Shown piece by piece: positions 9,695 to 18,748 of a stretch of DNA of 64,000 nucleotides (its first letter is position 1; each line of letters starts with the position of its first letter). A model generated the notes under the pieces. The model saw nothing but the letters and a program-made list of their open reading frames with translations, made no database searches and was not told where the DNA came from. Source of the stretch: Candidatus Moraniibacteriota bacterium (GTDB lineage: Bacteria > Patescibacteriota > Minisyncoccia > Moranbacterales > GWC2-37-73). The stretch is from positions 116,003 through 180,002 of the forward strand of contig DAOOTD010000001.1 of NCBI GenBank assembly GCA_035390125.1, written 5' to 3'. Both the position numbers and the translations under genes were made by a program.

Positions 9695-10096
9695 CTACTT
9701 TTTTTTGGGCAGAAAAAGTGACTCCGGCGCTTTGGTGATCATGCAATTTGAACTGCCATCGCCAGTTTTGATGCCTGAATACTTTCCGACCCATAAATTA
9801 CCTTTGCGCTTGAAAGAATAATCAATCAGATCATCCCGGTGTTCGTATTTCTTTGTAAAAGATAATTTATCTTTGGAGAGGACTACTTTATCAAGAGTAG
9901 ATTCTCCATAATGATCTGACATTCCTCCGATTAAATTTCCTTTAGGGCCAGGAAAAAACATACCAGCGAACATAAATGGGAATATGCCTTCCCGGACAAC
10001 GATACACATTTGATCTGAAAAATCATTTTTAAATGAAAAACTGCAATCAAATGAAAAAAATAAACCCTGAATAAGATATAACTTTATCTTTTCCAT
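9695..10096 (-). CDS. Hypothetical protein
   Basis: Clean 133-aa ORF of non-low-complexity sequence with its own downstream terminator. No recognisable family. Confidence 0.4.
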   Translation of the reverse strand: MEKIKLYLIQGLFFSFDCSFSFKNDFSDQMCIVVREGIFPFMFAGMFFPGPKGNLIGGMSDHYGESTLDKVVLSKDKLSFTKKYEHRDDLIDYSFKRKGNLWVGKYSGIKTGDGSSNCMITKAPESLFLPKKK

Positions 10097-10196
10097 ATTT
10101 ACCTCCCGTTTGTTGTATTATTTAAGAACATTTAATGCTCAAATTAGCATTGGATCAGCATAACAAAAACAATAAAATAGTCAATTTTTATCTAAG

Positions 10197-10469
10197 CTAT
10201 TTTTTTAATTTCTCATTTATAACCTTGAAGAAATAGCGCCATTTTTCACCTGTCTTGCAGAGTTCTTTGGTGTCACTCATGGCTTTTTCTACAATTGTTT
10301 TTTTGTATTTTTTGCATATCTGAAAAACAGAACTCCGCTTGTTGCCGGGGATGCCTAGTTCCTTGATAACTCTTAGAGCCAGGTCCTGCCACTCAAAAGC
10401 TGGCGGCTTTTTGGCTGCTCTCTTGTTCATTAATTCGGAAAAAGATTGAAAACTGTTTTTTGATGGCAT
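10197..10469 (-). CDS. Hypothetical small basic protein (possible HTH)
   Basis: 90-aa ORF. The LALRVIKELGIPGNKRSSVFQI segment resembles a helix-turn-helix; no family recognised. Confidence 0.4.
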   Translation of the reverse strand: MPSKNSFQSFSELMNKRAAKKPPAFEWQDLALRVIKELGIPGNKRSSVFQICKKYKKTIVEKAMSDTKELCKTGEKWRYFFKVINEKLKK

Positions 10470-10568
10470 GCTTTAATTGTACCAGCATTCGCTTCTTTTT
10501 CAAAAGAGGATTGGCATTGACATTTTCTCAAAAATATGCCATCTTAAGGTGTTGTTTAAAGATGCCGC

Positions 10569-10853
10569 TTGGGGAAAGGAGGCGATGGAACAGTGGCAAA
10601 AGGATTTGCAATAAAAAATTCTGAAGGAAAATTCCTGAAGAAAAACGGGGAGTGGGAGGAAGTCACTGTTTATGACGCCTACGTATTTCCCGGAAGCCTG
10701 GGAGACATCGGCGGCTTTATAGCAGTGAACGGGCTGGATATAGATTGCGAGATTTATTTCATAATGAAAGGAAAAGAAACTATTATCCAGCGGATGAAAA
10801 AAATAGGTCCCGAAACATACAAATTTCTTCCCTTGGAAGAAAAACAAACCTAA
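10569..10853 (+). CDS. Hypothetical protein (TTG start as given in the ORF track)
   Basis: 94-aa ORF followed by a strong intrinsic terminator, which supports that it is expressed. No obvious SD for the TTG start. Confidence 0.35.
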   Translation: MGKGGDGTVAKGFAIKNSEGKFLKKNGEWEEVTVYDAYVFPGSLGDIGGFIAVNGLDIDCEIYFIMKGKETIIQRMKKIGPETYKFLPLEEKQT

Positions 10854-10859
10854 AAACTG

Positions 10860-10896
10860 CCGGTCGGAAAAAATTTTTAACGGCAGTTTTTTTATT
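10860..10896 (+). terminator. Rho-independent terminator
   Basis: CTGCCGGTCGG-loop-CGGCAG hairpin followed by T7. Confidence 0.65.
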
Positions 10897-10925
10897 GACA
10901 AATCCGGGGCGACGTGCTATCATTG
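10897..10925 (+). promoter_or_regulatory. Sigma70-like promoter for the isochorismatase-family gene
   Basis: TTGACA-17 nt-TATCAT. Followed by SD AGGAGG 8 nt before ATG 11003. Confidence 0.55.
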
Positions 10926-11002
10926 ACCGTTGTTCTTTGATGAAAATCAGGGAGAAAATATTGGACAAAAACAAACAGGCATTGTTTTCTAGGAGGTAGA
11001 AA

Positions 11003-11551
11003 ATGGAAGTTGTTGGCAGTCCCAGACGGAAGGGCAGAGAAAAGGCGTTTAATCTTTTGGAAGAAAATATCGCTGTCATGTTGGTTGATATGCAGGAGGA
11101 TTTTGTTAAGCATTTGAGAAGAGGAGAAGCTGACCGTATAATTCCCAACCAGCTGGCAATCCTCAAGCGGTGCCGCGAACTCAGCATCCCGGTAGTTGTC
11201 CTGGAATTGAGAGTCAAGGAATTCGGGAAGACCATCAAAATCCTCATGGATGAAATTTCCAAAAATCCATCCAAATGGGTAATCGAAAAGGATTTCGACG
11301 ATGGCTTTTACCTGACAAACCTTGATTCATCCCTGAAATATTTAAATATTAAAAAAATATTTATAATGGGGATAAACGCGGATTTTTGCGTAAGGGATAC
11401 TGCCAGGACTGCGATCAAGCTGGGGTACAAAATAGTAACCAGTGGGCATGTCATTGCGGGCCAACCAGATCACAGCAAAAACAACAGCATCATCTGGTTC
11501 GCGAACAATGGCAGTTGCGTCAGCAACATCGCCAGGTTTGTGGGAAAATAA
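11003..11551 (+). CDS. Isochorismatase-family cysteine hydrolase
   Basis: GINADFCVRDTARTA catalytic-Cys motif and overall isochorismatase fold length. Confidence 0.75.
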   Translation: MEVVGSPRRKGREKAFNLLEENIAVMLVDMQEDFVKHLRRGEADRIIPNQLAILKRCRELSIPVVVLELRVKEFGKTIKILMDEISKNPSKWVIEKDFDDGFYLTNLDSSLKYLNIKKIFIMGINADFCVRDTARTAIKLGYKIVTSGHVIAGQPDHSKNNSIIWFANNGSCVSNIARFVGK

Positions 11552-11582
11552 CCTAATATTTTTTATCCGCCTCGTAACTCAT

Positions 11583-11627
11583 AGCCGGCCCGTAAAACAT
11601 AAGCCGGCTTTTTTTGTGGCTTGAATG
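11583..11627 (+). terminator. Hairpin terminator plus conserved TTTTTTTGTGGCTTGAAT motif (copy C of a 3-copy module)
   Basis: AGCCGGC-loop-GCCGGCT hairpin, T7, then GTGGCTTGAAT. The same tail motif occurs at 13991-14002 and 14954-14967. Confidence 0.55.
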
Positions 11628-11710
11628 ATTTAAAATTTTTAAAAATAAAATATTTATAATAAAAAAACACCCGGACGCGGTATAATGTTATACCGGCCGG
11701 GCGTTGTCCT

Positions 11711-12964
11711 TTACGGATAAGCAATGACCGTTAATCGCTTATCTGGTGCCAGAAATGAAAGAACTTCTTCGACATCATTCGTGCTGATTTTTTTCCTTTC
11801 CCTGATCGTTTCACTCATCGGAATAATCCGTGAAAAATGGCCGATGTCACTCATTGAGTTTTGGCAAATTTTCGAATATGAACTATCAATGAGCAGCGGA
11901 TCATTGATAGCTAATTCCTTCACCTGTTTGAACAATTTTTTGTTGCCGGGAGTCTTTTTGATGCATGAGTCAACCAATTTTTCTATATGGGGCAGAAAGT
12001 CTGTTTTCAAGGGAATCTCTATTTCAAACTTGTACAAATCCTGAAAACTATCATAACCAGTGCCTATTTCATACGACCACCCTCTTTTCTCACGAATTTC
12101 CTGAAAAAGCATTTTTCCAAGAAGATTTTTGAAAAAGTGCATCTTTTCCAAGCTTATTCCTCCGGGCAAAGCCACATAGGATTTGTAGGTTCCGTGCTGC
12201 ATAGCGTTTTCCTTGCCGAACAACATCGACATTTTGATATCAAACCTTGTCATGGCTGAGTAATCAGGAACGCACGGTTCCGGTGAAAAATTTCTTCGGC
12301 CCGGCTTTGACTGACCAAAGGGGCTCTTCATTAAAAAATCGGCAATAACTTGCGGAGGCATTTTTCCAATAGCCACAAGGCTCATATTGGCCGGAACATA
12401 GAAACGATCGAAAAATCTTTGCAGATTTTTTTTAGTTATGTTCCTGATTCCATCAAGATCTCCGAGCGGTCTCAGGAAATTGGCCAGGCGATGATTGGGG
12501 AAAACACATTTTTGCACAAAAAGATCAATGTCGCGCAGAGCCTCATAAGGATGGCAGAGATAATATTCTTGAATAATAATATCTCTTTCCAACTCAATGT
12601 TTTTCGAAAGCTTCGCGTTAAGCAGCATTTCTCCGAAAATTTGCAAAGTCTCGCGTATTCTTTTGGGAACAGCCTGGCATTTGCATGTATAATATGTTTT
12701 CAGATAATCAGTACTGCCTAGATCGGCAAAACCTCCTTGTTTTTGAAAATGTAATTCAATTTCTTCTTTTTTCCAACCGGAAACATTTTCACTGACGCAG
12801 TGCTCGACAAAATGAGCAATACCGCTTTTTTCGAAAATGTCCTCACGGGCGCCGGCATGGATTATGAAGCCAAAAATTTCGAAATCCCTGTCTACCTGTG
12901 AAGCAAACAGACTTAATCCATTCGGCAAAATTATTTTCTCGAAATTGCTATATGGATCCCACAT
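11711..12964 (-). CDS. M16 (pitrilysin/insulinase) family zinc peptidase
   Basis: Inverted zinc motif HxxEH (HFVEH) near the N-terminus. 417 aa. Confidence 0.75.
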   Translation of the reverse strand: MWDPYSNFEKIILPNGLSLFASQVDRDFEIFGFIIHAGAREDIFEKSGIAHFVEHCVSENVSGWKKEEIELHFQKQGGFADLGSTDYLKTYYTCKCQAVPKRIRETLQIFGEMLLNAKLSKNIELERDIIIQEYYLCHPYEALRDIDLFVQKCVFPNHRLANFLRPLGDLDGIRNITKKNLQRFFDRFYVPANMSLVAIGKMPPQVIADFLMKSPFGQSKPGRRNFSPEPCVPDYSAMTRFDIKMSMLFGKENAMQHGTYKSYVALPGGISLEKMHFFKNLLGKMLFQEIREKRGWSYEIGTGYDSFQDLYKFEIEIPLKTDFLPHIEKLVDSCIKKTPGNKKLFKQVKELAINDPLLIDSSYSKICQNSMSDIGHFSRIIPMSETIRERKKISTNDVEEVLSFLAPDKRLTVIAYP

Positions 12965-13069
12965 TGCTTTTTATCTCCCTCCTTTAATTTTATAAGAACT
13001 TCTTATTTTTGTTTTAACAAAGCACTATAGCACAAAATTGAGTTGTAGTCAATACTGCCCAATTGGTTA

Positions 13070-13098
13070 TTGACACGGGATTAATTCCATGCTATCCT
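13070..13098 (+). promoter_or_regulatory. Sigma70-like promoter for the amidase gene
   Basis: TTGACA-17-TATCCT. The SD AAAGGAGGTGA sits ~40 nt downstream, before TTG 13137. Confidence 0.5.
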
Positions 13099-13136
13099 GT
13101 AAGGCTGTATTTTATAAATTTAAAGGAGGTGAAAAA

Positions 13137-13931
13137 TTGAGAAAAATTACGTGTAGTTTGTTGCTTTCCCTTATGGTTCTTTTTGCGTATGCCAATCCAG
13201 TTTTAGCCAGCAATGAACTGGCCGGAATGGTAGTCGTGATTGATCCGGGACATGGGGGGCAAGATCCGGGTGCGCTTGGTTTTTTTAACAAAGATGGAAA
13301 AAAACATCGAATAACCGAAAGCGCTTATTGCTACGATGTAGCTTTACGTCTGGAAAAGATCCTGAAGAAGAAAGGGGCCTTAGTAATCAAAACAACCAGG
13401 AATGGTTCTTGGTCTAGTCCGATTGCTAATAAGCCGAACGAGGTTATACGCGAAAATGGGAGGGCAGTTTTTACTTGGGACAATACACTAGTCAAAGCTG
13501 GTCCTAATGGTCTTTACCACAGAGTCGCAGTTGCCAATAATGCGCTCAGAAAATTTGGTATGCGCCGGGTAGTATTTATTTCTGTGCATTTTGATGTTTT
13601 AGGGCAAAAAACGTTGGAATCGGCGCGGATAATAACTGGAAAGAGTGCCAATGATCTAAGTAGTTTGTTGGAGGATGAACTGGAAAATGAGCGCCGGGTT
13701 AGCAATATCGGAAAACCCGTCGTGAAAAATGGCGATAAGGCACATGGAATAAAGCGTATTTATGTTCTTGGAGATACTAATCGCATAAAACAGAAAGTTT
13801 TAATTGAATTAGGAAATTTCAAGAATGAAAAGGATCTTTGGCGGATCCGCGACTACAAAGTTCGTGAGAACTATGCCCAAATTGTGGTTCGGGCGTTGAT
13901 CCGGCTCAATGCTCAACCTATAAGGCGTTAG
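13137..13931 (+). CDS. N-acetylmuramoyl-L-alanine amidase (Amidase_3) with signal peptide
   Basis: SD GGAGGTG 7 nt before TTG 13137 (the track ORF starts upstream at 13089). Signal peptide present. VVIDPGHGGQDPGA Zn-binding motif of Amidase_3. Confidence 0.8.
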   Translation: MRKITCSLLLSLMVLFAYANPVLASNELAGMVVVIDPGHGGQDPGALGFFNKDGKKHRITESAYCYDVALRLEKILKKKGALVIKTTRNGSWSSPIANKPNEVIRENGRAVFTWDNTLVKAGPNGLYHRVAVANNALRKFGMRRVVFISVHFDVLGQKTLESARIITGKSANDLSSLLEDELENERRVSNIGKPVVKNGDKAHGIKRIYVLGDTNRIKQKVLIELGNFKNEKDLWRIRDYKVRENYAQIVVRALIRLNAQPIRR

Positions 13932-13952
13932 TCATAGCGCCTTTGCAATTAA

Positions 13953-14025
13953 GGCTTAGGGGGTTTCTTGAATAAGAGGCTCCCTTTTTTTGTGGCTTGA
14001 ATATAAATAAAGATAGGGATAAAAT
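13953..14025 (+). promoter_or_regulatory. Terminator-promoter module copy A (hairpin, T-run, GTGGCTTGAAT -35, 17 nt, TAAAAT -10)
   Basis: Read from the sequence. About 45 nt nearly identical to copy B at 14929-14967 (ttcttgaataag..ggctccctttttttgtggcttgaa). Confidence 0.5.
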
Positions 14026-14110
14026 AAAAGCAAGAAAGAGGAGCAAGGGAAGTTCTTTCAATAGTTGTTTCAAATCATAAGGGAGGAACTTTATTTTTCA
14101 GGAGGCATGA

Positions 14111-14419
14111 ATGAAAAAGAAAAAAGATTATTATGATTATGATAATAATGAAAATGCAAACGGAAGAAGAACAACCAAGCATCATATTATCCCACGTTCC
14201 AGAGGAGGAGGAGAAAGGAGGAATAATACAGTAAAACTTCCCGAAAGATACCACATAGCTTGGCATACGTTTTTTGGAAATCTTACTCCCAAGGAAGCTA
14301 TTCATTACATGCGAATCATTTTTTCAAAAAATGGTAAAAAGCATGGAAAATGGACGATGGAAGATCTTTATGAACTTCAGCTCAGTATCCAAAAGAAGAA
14401 TGACAAATTCAGGAGATGA
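14111..14419 (+). CDS. Small HNH-motif endonuclease-like protein
   Basis: HHIIPRSRGGGERRNNTVKLPERYHIAWH matches the HNH (His-Asn-His) core. SD GGAGG precedes the start. Confidence 0.55.
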   Translation: MKKKKDYYDYDNNENANGRRTTKHHIIPRSRGGGERRNNTVKLPERYHIAWHTFFGNLTPKEAIHYMRIIFSKNGKKHGKWTMEDLYELQLSIQKKNDKFRR

Positions 14420-14427
14420 TCTCCAAA

Positions 14428-14461
14428 AGAGGCTATCACAAAAGTGATAGCCTCGTCTTTT
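14428..14461 (+). terminator. Rho-independent terminator
   Basis: GAGGCTATCAC-AAAAG-TGATAGCCTC hairpin followed by a T-run. Confidence 0.65.
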
Positions 14462-14490
14462 TAATGCGCACAGAAGTCAGGTTTTTAGAA

Positions 14491-14519
14491 TTGACAATCT
14501 GTCTCTGATGCAATATATT
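14491..14519 (+). promoter_or_regulatory. Sigma70-like promoter for 14563 ORF
   Basis: TTGACA-17-TATATT, with SD AAGGAGGAAG before ATG 14563. Confidence 0.5.
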
Positions 14520-14562
14520 GTATTTTGAAACAAAAAGCATTTGATTATAAGGAGGAAGAAAA

Positions 14563-14901
14563 ATGAAGCGATATAGAATGCCAAGAGTTACAAGAAGGTT
14601 TGAGGTGACGTCAACGGAATTAATAACAATTCCGAACACAAGAAAAGAAGAGCTGATAGTTAATGTCATGATTGATGGGGGAGAAGTGCCGATATCAGCT
14701 GATAAGCAGTTCCGGAAAAAGTTTCAAAGACCAGGCAAAAAATATGCCACGCTCAATACGACGCGGTTGCAGACAATCGGGGAAACCAGGCCGAGGGAAA
14801 TTGAGGTGGAATATACCGGACACATGGATTGCCCTTTCCGCTTTTTGGGCAGAGAAATAGATGCCTGGTTTGAAAGAGTAAAACAGGCGATGAAAAAGTG
14901 A
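14563..14901 (+). CDS. Hypothetical protein (partner of the HNH gene in the cassette)
   Basis: 112-aa ORF with strong SD, own promoter and downstream hairpin. No recognisable family. Confidence 0.45.
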   Translation: MKRYRMPRVTRRFEVTSTELITIPNTRKEELIVNVMIDGGEVPISADKQFRKKFQRPGKKYATLNTTRLQTIGETRPREIEVEYTGHMDCPFRFLGREIDAWFERVKQAMKK

Positions 14902-14928
14902 ATGAAAAACGCAACTGCGTGTGGGGAC

Positions 14929-14990
14929 TTCTTGAATAAGGAGTCCCTGTTTTTTTGTGGCTTGAAGAAGAGGGGGAAGGGGAGTAAAAT
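14929..14990 (+). promoter_or_regulatory. Terminator-promoter module copy B (GGGGACT..AGTCCC hairpin, T7, GTGGCTTGAAG -35, 17 nt, TAAAAT -10)
   Basis: Read from the sequence. A direct repeat of copy A. Confidence 0.5.
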
Positions 14991-15017
14991 AAAAACATAA
15001 ATCTAAAAATCAAAAAT

Positions 15018-16223
15018 ATGAAAATGGAAGACCAAATCAACAGGTGGCTTGAATCTGGAATCATAACACAGGAGCAAGCCCAGCAGATGTTCTATGATGT
15101 AAGTCAGGACAATAAAGAGGAGCGCTCCAATAAATTTATCGTTGCTGTTTCCACAATCGGATCAGTGTTGCTTGGCATCGGGGCAATTCTTTTTGTTGCT
15201 TCAAATTGGAGTGTCATCAATGATTTTTTTAAAATTTTAATTTTAGTGGGCAGTACCTTGGGGACATATTACTTGGGATATTTGTTTAAATATGATAAAC
15301 AAAATTTGCCAAAAGTTGGAGCAGCCTTATTTTTTCTCGGGGCACTTCTTTTTGGAGCAAGCATATTTTTGATTGCACAGATGTATAATATTAATGCAAA
15401 CAACCATGTTTTACTTTTGATATGGCTAATAGGCGTGCTTCCGCTAGTGTATGCTTTTAACTCGGAATCAATTGCCGCACTATCAGCAATGCTCCTCCTG
15501 ACTTGGATCGGATTTTTTATTTTTAGAAATGGCGATCCAAGCACATTCATGTTTCATTCACTGCCTGTCATTTATTTAACATCAGGCGCATTGCTCCTCA
15601 GTCTTGGGGGATTGCACTATTTCAAGCCAGACTTGCAGAAAGTGGCAAGAGTCTTTAGGTTGGCAGGTCTCGAGGTGGCCATGATTTCGCTTTTTCTTCT
15701 AACTTTTGAATTTTTTTCCAAAGAATATAAAGAACATATTCATGCATATTCAGCGGGAGCCGGAGATATGTCCACTCAATTGGCTATAGGCGTTGTCCTA
15801 TTTTCAGTGTTGGCAATCATAGGCCTTGTGGTGAATTTATTTTTTAATCCTTCTGAATCAGAAACCAACGAGCTTGAAAGCTATGTGTCACTAGGGCTGG
15901 TCGGGTTTACATTGTTTTTCTTTTTCTTTCCATCCGAGTCAATCATATATACCTTGATATATAATTTAATTTTTGGCTTACTGGCATTGTTCTTCATTTT
16001 CATCGGTTACAATAAATCAGATATTAAAATTGTTAATGTCGGAATTTTTTGGATGTCTGTTTTTATCTTCGCGAAATATTTTGATTTTTTCTGGGATTTA
16101 TTGGACAGATCGATATTCTTTATAATCGGAGGACTAATTTTAGTGTTGGGCGGAATAGCGCTTGAAAAAAAGAGGAAACAGCTCAAAGAAAGTTTTGTCC
16201 AAATTAACCAGGAAAGCTTATGA
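15018..16223 (+). CDS. DUF2157-type polytopic membrane protein
   Basis: About 10 TM helices after a cytoplasmic N-terminus. Translationally coupled to a GDYXXLXY protein, the known partner of DUF2157. Confidence 0.6.
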   Translation: MKMEDQINRWLESGIITQEQAQQMFYDVSQDNKEERSNKFIVAVSTIGSVLLGIGAILFVASNWSVINDFFKILILVGSTLGTYYLGYLFKYDKQNLPKVGAALFFLGALLFGASIFLIAQMYNINANNHVLLLIWLIGVLPLVYAFNSESIAALSAMLLLTWIGFFIFRNGDPSTFMFHSLPVIYLTSGALLLSLGGLHYFKPDLQKVARVFRLAGLEVAMISLFLLTFEFFSKEYKEHIHAYSAGAGDMSTQLAIGVVLFSVLAIIGLVVNLFFNPSESETNELESYVSLGLVGFTLFFFFFPSESIIYTLIYNLIFGLLALFFIFIGYNKSDIKIVNVGIFWMSVFIFAKYFDFFWDLLDRSIFFIIGGLILVLGGIALEKKRKQLKESFVQINQESL

Positions 16224-16741
16224 ATAAAAAAAACATTTTTTTGATAATCGGTGTTTTCTGGATAGTGCTGATTGCCGGATTCATAGGCATTAAGGAGTTT
16301 ACCTTAAGAACAGGAACTGAAGTGTTGCTGAAAACGCTGCCTGTTGACCCAAGAGATTTATTCAGGGGTGATTATGTCGTTTTACGATATGAAGTCAGCA
16401 CAATAAATGAAAATACGTTTTTGCCTAATGCTTCAGCTTTTAAAGTTGGTGACAGTGTCTATGTGCTGCTGGATATTGGTAGCGATAAGATTGCAAAAGC
16501 TAAGAGCATAAGCAAACAAATCCCAGAAGACAGCTATTTTATGAAAGGTACGGTCAAGAACGTTTTTGGAAACAAACTGAACATAGAATATGGTATTGAA
16601 AGCTATTTCGTGCCAGAGGGTAAGGGCAGAGAAATAGAAAAGAATATAGGCAATATTTACGCTAAAATAGCAATTGATAAATTTGGAAACGCTGTAATAA
16701 AATCGTTGGTTTTAGACGGAAAAGAAATAGACTTAAATTAG
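16220..16741 (+). CDS. GDYXXLXY-domain protein
   Basis: N-terminal TM, then FRGDYVVLRY, which matches the GDYXXLXY signature. 4-nt overlap with the upstream gene. Confidence 0.7.
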   Translation: MNKKNIFLIIGVFWIVLIAGFIGIKEFTLRTGTEVLLKTLPVDPRDLFRGDYVVLRYEVSTINENTFLPNASAFKVGDSVYVLLDIGSDKIAKAKSISKQIPEDSYFMKGTVKNVFGNKLNIEYGIESYFVPEGKGREIEKNIGNIYAKIAIDKFGNAVIKSLVLDGKEIDLN

Positions 16742-16795
16742 TGCCTTGTTTAAAGTAGAATAAAAGTATTAAGTAACATCTTCAGTAACAAAATT

Positions 16796-17260
16796 ATGAA
16801 GATAAGAAAAGCTAATAAAAAGGATATCGAAAAGCTGGTGGAAATGAATGCACGCTTGTTTGATTATCATGCCAAACTTGATAAATATTACCGCTTGGGC
16901 AAAGAAACTAAAAAAGACTACAAAAAACATCTAAAAAATGTCATCTCAACAAGAAAATACCGGATACTTATTGCTGAAGAAAATGAAAAGCCAGTCGGTT
17001 TTCTGGCAGGCCGGATCGACAAGCCTCGCTCTTACGCTAAACCGAAAAAGATAGGAATGATAAGTTCGGCTTTTATTCTTCCGAAATATCGCCGGATGGG
17101 GATTGGCAAATTGATGTTTGAGGATTTTTTAAAGTGGTGTCAGGATAAAAAAATTAAAAACATCGAGCTTTCGGTAGACTATCGAAATCAAATTGGCGGA
17201 AGCGCGTGGAAAAAGTTTGGTTTTAAGGATTTTATGAAAAGAATGAGACTGGATTTATAG
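16796..17260 (+). CDS. GNAT family N-acetyltransferase
   Basis: Acetyl-CoA binding motif RRMGIGKLM (R/Q-x-x-G-x-G/A). Confidence 0.8.
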   Translation: MKIRKANKKDIEKLVEMNARLFDYHAKLDKYYRLGKETKKDYKKHLKNVISTRKYRILIAEENEKPVGFLAGRIDKPRSYAKPKKIGMISSAFILPKYRRMGIGKLMFEDFLKWCQDKKIKNIELSVDYRNQIGGSAWKKFGFKDFMKRMRLDL

Positions 17261-17392
17261 AAAAATAACACCTAGCCCCGGCATTTGTCGGGGTTTTTCT
17301 TTACAAAAAGTTCATAGTTTGTTATATAGAAGTAACGTTCAGTCGAACGTGTTTTTTAAAAAAAATAGCAATAGCAATGAGGAGGAATTCGT

Positions 17393-18016
17393 ATGCTTGT
17401 AATTTTTGATTGTGACGGAGTATTGCGGTCAGTGTCATGGGGAGCTCTTTATGAGGCTTATCTGGAAATTTGTAAATTTATCAACAAAAATCCGAGTGAT
17501 TTTTTTCAGGACTTTGAGGATTTCAGGAAATGGCTCAATTCTGACTGGCAGGAAAACCTGGAGCGCATGGGCATTTGTCGGGGAAGTGATACTTCGGAAA
17601 TAAACAAACTTTTTCACAGAGTCTATGATTCTCAAATACACCTGTTTCCCTGGGTGGGAAATGTGCTGGGAACTCTTTCTGCCAAACATCAGTTGGCCGT
17701 TCTTTCCGGCAGTTCTGCAAACAGTGTGTCTAAATCTCTAAACGGCAATGCCCATTTTTTTAAGATGATCATAGGTCATGAACACGTAAAGAATGTCAAA
17801 CCGCACCCCGAAGGAGTTCATCTGATCACAGAAGCTTTTCAGGCTGATCCTTCCAAAACGATTATTATAGGTGATTCAGATGCGGACATCTTGGCTGGCA
17901 AAAATGCCGGTATCAGGACTGCTGGAGTAACCTGGGGCATAACTCCTCCTGAAAAAATGAAATCTTGTGATCCGGATTTTCTATTCGAGCACCACAAGGA
18001 ATTGCTGTTAATTTAA
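17393..18016 (+). CDS. HAD-superfamily hydrolase (subfamily IA)
   Basis: Motif I VIFDCDGVL and a C-terminal GDSDADILAGKNAG motif IV. Confidence 0.8.
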   Translation: MLVIFDCDGVLRSVSWGALYEAYLEICKFINKNPSDFFQDFEDFRKWLNSDWQENLERMGICRGSDTSEINKLFHRVYDSQIHLFPWVGNVLGTLSAKHQLAVLSGSSANSVSKSLNGNAHFFKMIIGHEHVKNVKPHPEGVHLITEAFQADPSKTIIIGDSDADILAGKNAGIRTAGVTWGITPPEKMKSCDPDFLFEHHKELLLI

Positions 18017-18040
18017 GTTTTTAAAAAATGTTTTCCAAAC

Positions 18041-18075
18041 CCTTGGATCTCCGCAGATTTCCAAGGGTTTTTTCT
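18041..18075 (+). terminator. Rho-independent terminator
   Basis: AACCCTTGGA-loop-TCCAAGGGTT followed by T6. Confidence 0.65.
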
Positions 18076-18128
18076 TTTTGCCAAAGGTAATTTTTGGGAG
18101 TAAAATTAAATTGTTAAGTAACAAAATT

Positions 18129-18689
18129 ATGGATTTTGAAAAATTAAAAGAAAGTAAGCGACCAATAGAAAACCTACTTAATGTTGAAGTTGAAACCGAA
18201 CGGCTTAAATTAAAACCAGTGTCTTTGGAATATAAAGATATGATTTTTTCAGCATTTACTGATGAAGTAACAAAATTCATGTTTCCTTCAACGCCGAAGC
18301 AAATAGAAGATACTGAAAAATTTATCAAAGATTCAATAGATGAAATGGAAAAGGGTATAAATTTCTTAATAAGCATTTTCAATAAAGAGACAAATGAATT
18401 TTTAGGCGGGGGAGGAATTCATGATTTGAATACAAAAACTCCTGGATTGGGGATTTGGATAAAAAAATCAGCTCATGGAAACAAATATGGAAGAGAGGCG
18501 ATTACGGGACTTAAGGAGTGGGCTGATAAAAATTTAGACTACGAATATCTGTTGTATCCTGTTGTGAAAGAAAACATTGCCAGCAGAAAAATCCCAGAAT
18601 CACTGGGCGGAAAAGTAGTAAGAGAATTTATAAAGAAAAAACAAAATGGAGAAGATATGGAATTGGTAGAATATAGAATTTATAAGTAA
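18129..18689 (+). CDS. GNAT family N-acetyltransferase (RimL/RimJ-like)
   Basis: The ATG at 18129 follows the terminator; the track ORF starts inside the terminator. GNAT fold with GIWIKKSAHGNKYGREA. Confidence 0.7.
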   Translation: MDFEKLKESKRPIENLLNVEVETERLKLKPVSLEYKDMIFSAFTDEVTKFMFPSTPKQIEDTEKFIKDSIDEMEKGINFLISIFNKETNEFLGGGGIHDLNTKTPGLGIWIKKSAHGNKYGREAITGLKEWADKNLDYEYLLYPVVKENIASRKIPESLGGKVVREFIKKKQNGEDMELVEYRIYK

Positions 18690-18748
18690 CATTAAAAAAC
18701 GGGTGATTATAAAAGTAAAAAATAAATTATTTAATTTGATATAAATTT

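Noticed and set aside
10523-10568. TTGACA at 10523 as the promoter for the 10569 ORF.
   Set aside because: No acceptable -10 hexamer at 16-18 nt spacing and no SD before the TTG start. The gene call itself rests mainly on the downstream terminator.
17279-17582. 14-nt exact repeat GGCATTTGTCGGGG, at 17279 in a terminator and at 17568 inside the HAD gene.
   Set aside because: A single 14-mer coincidence is within chance expectation for 64 kb of biased-composition DNA. There is no structural or positional logic.
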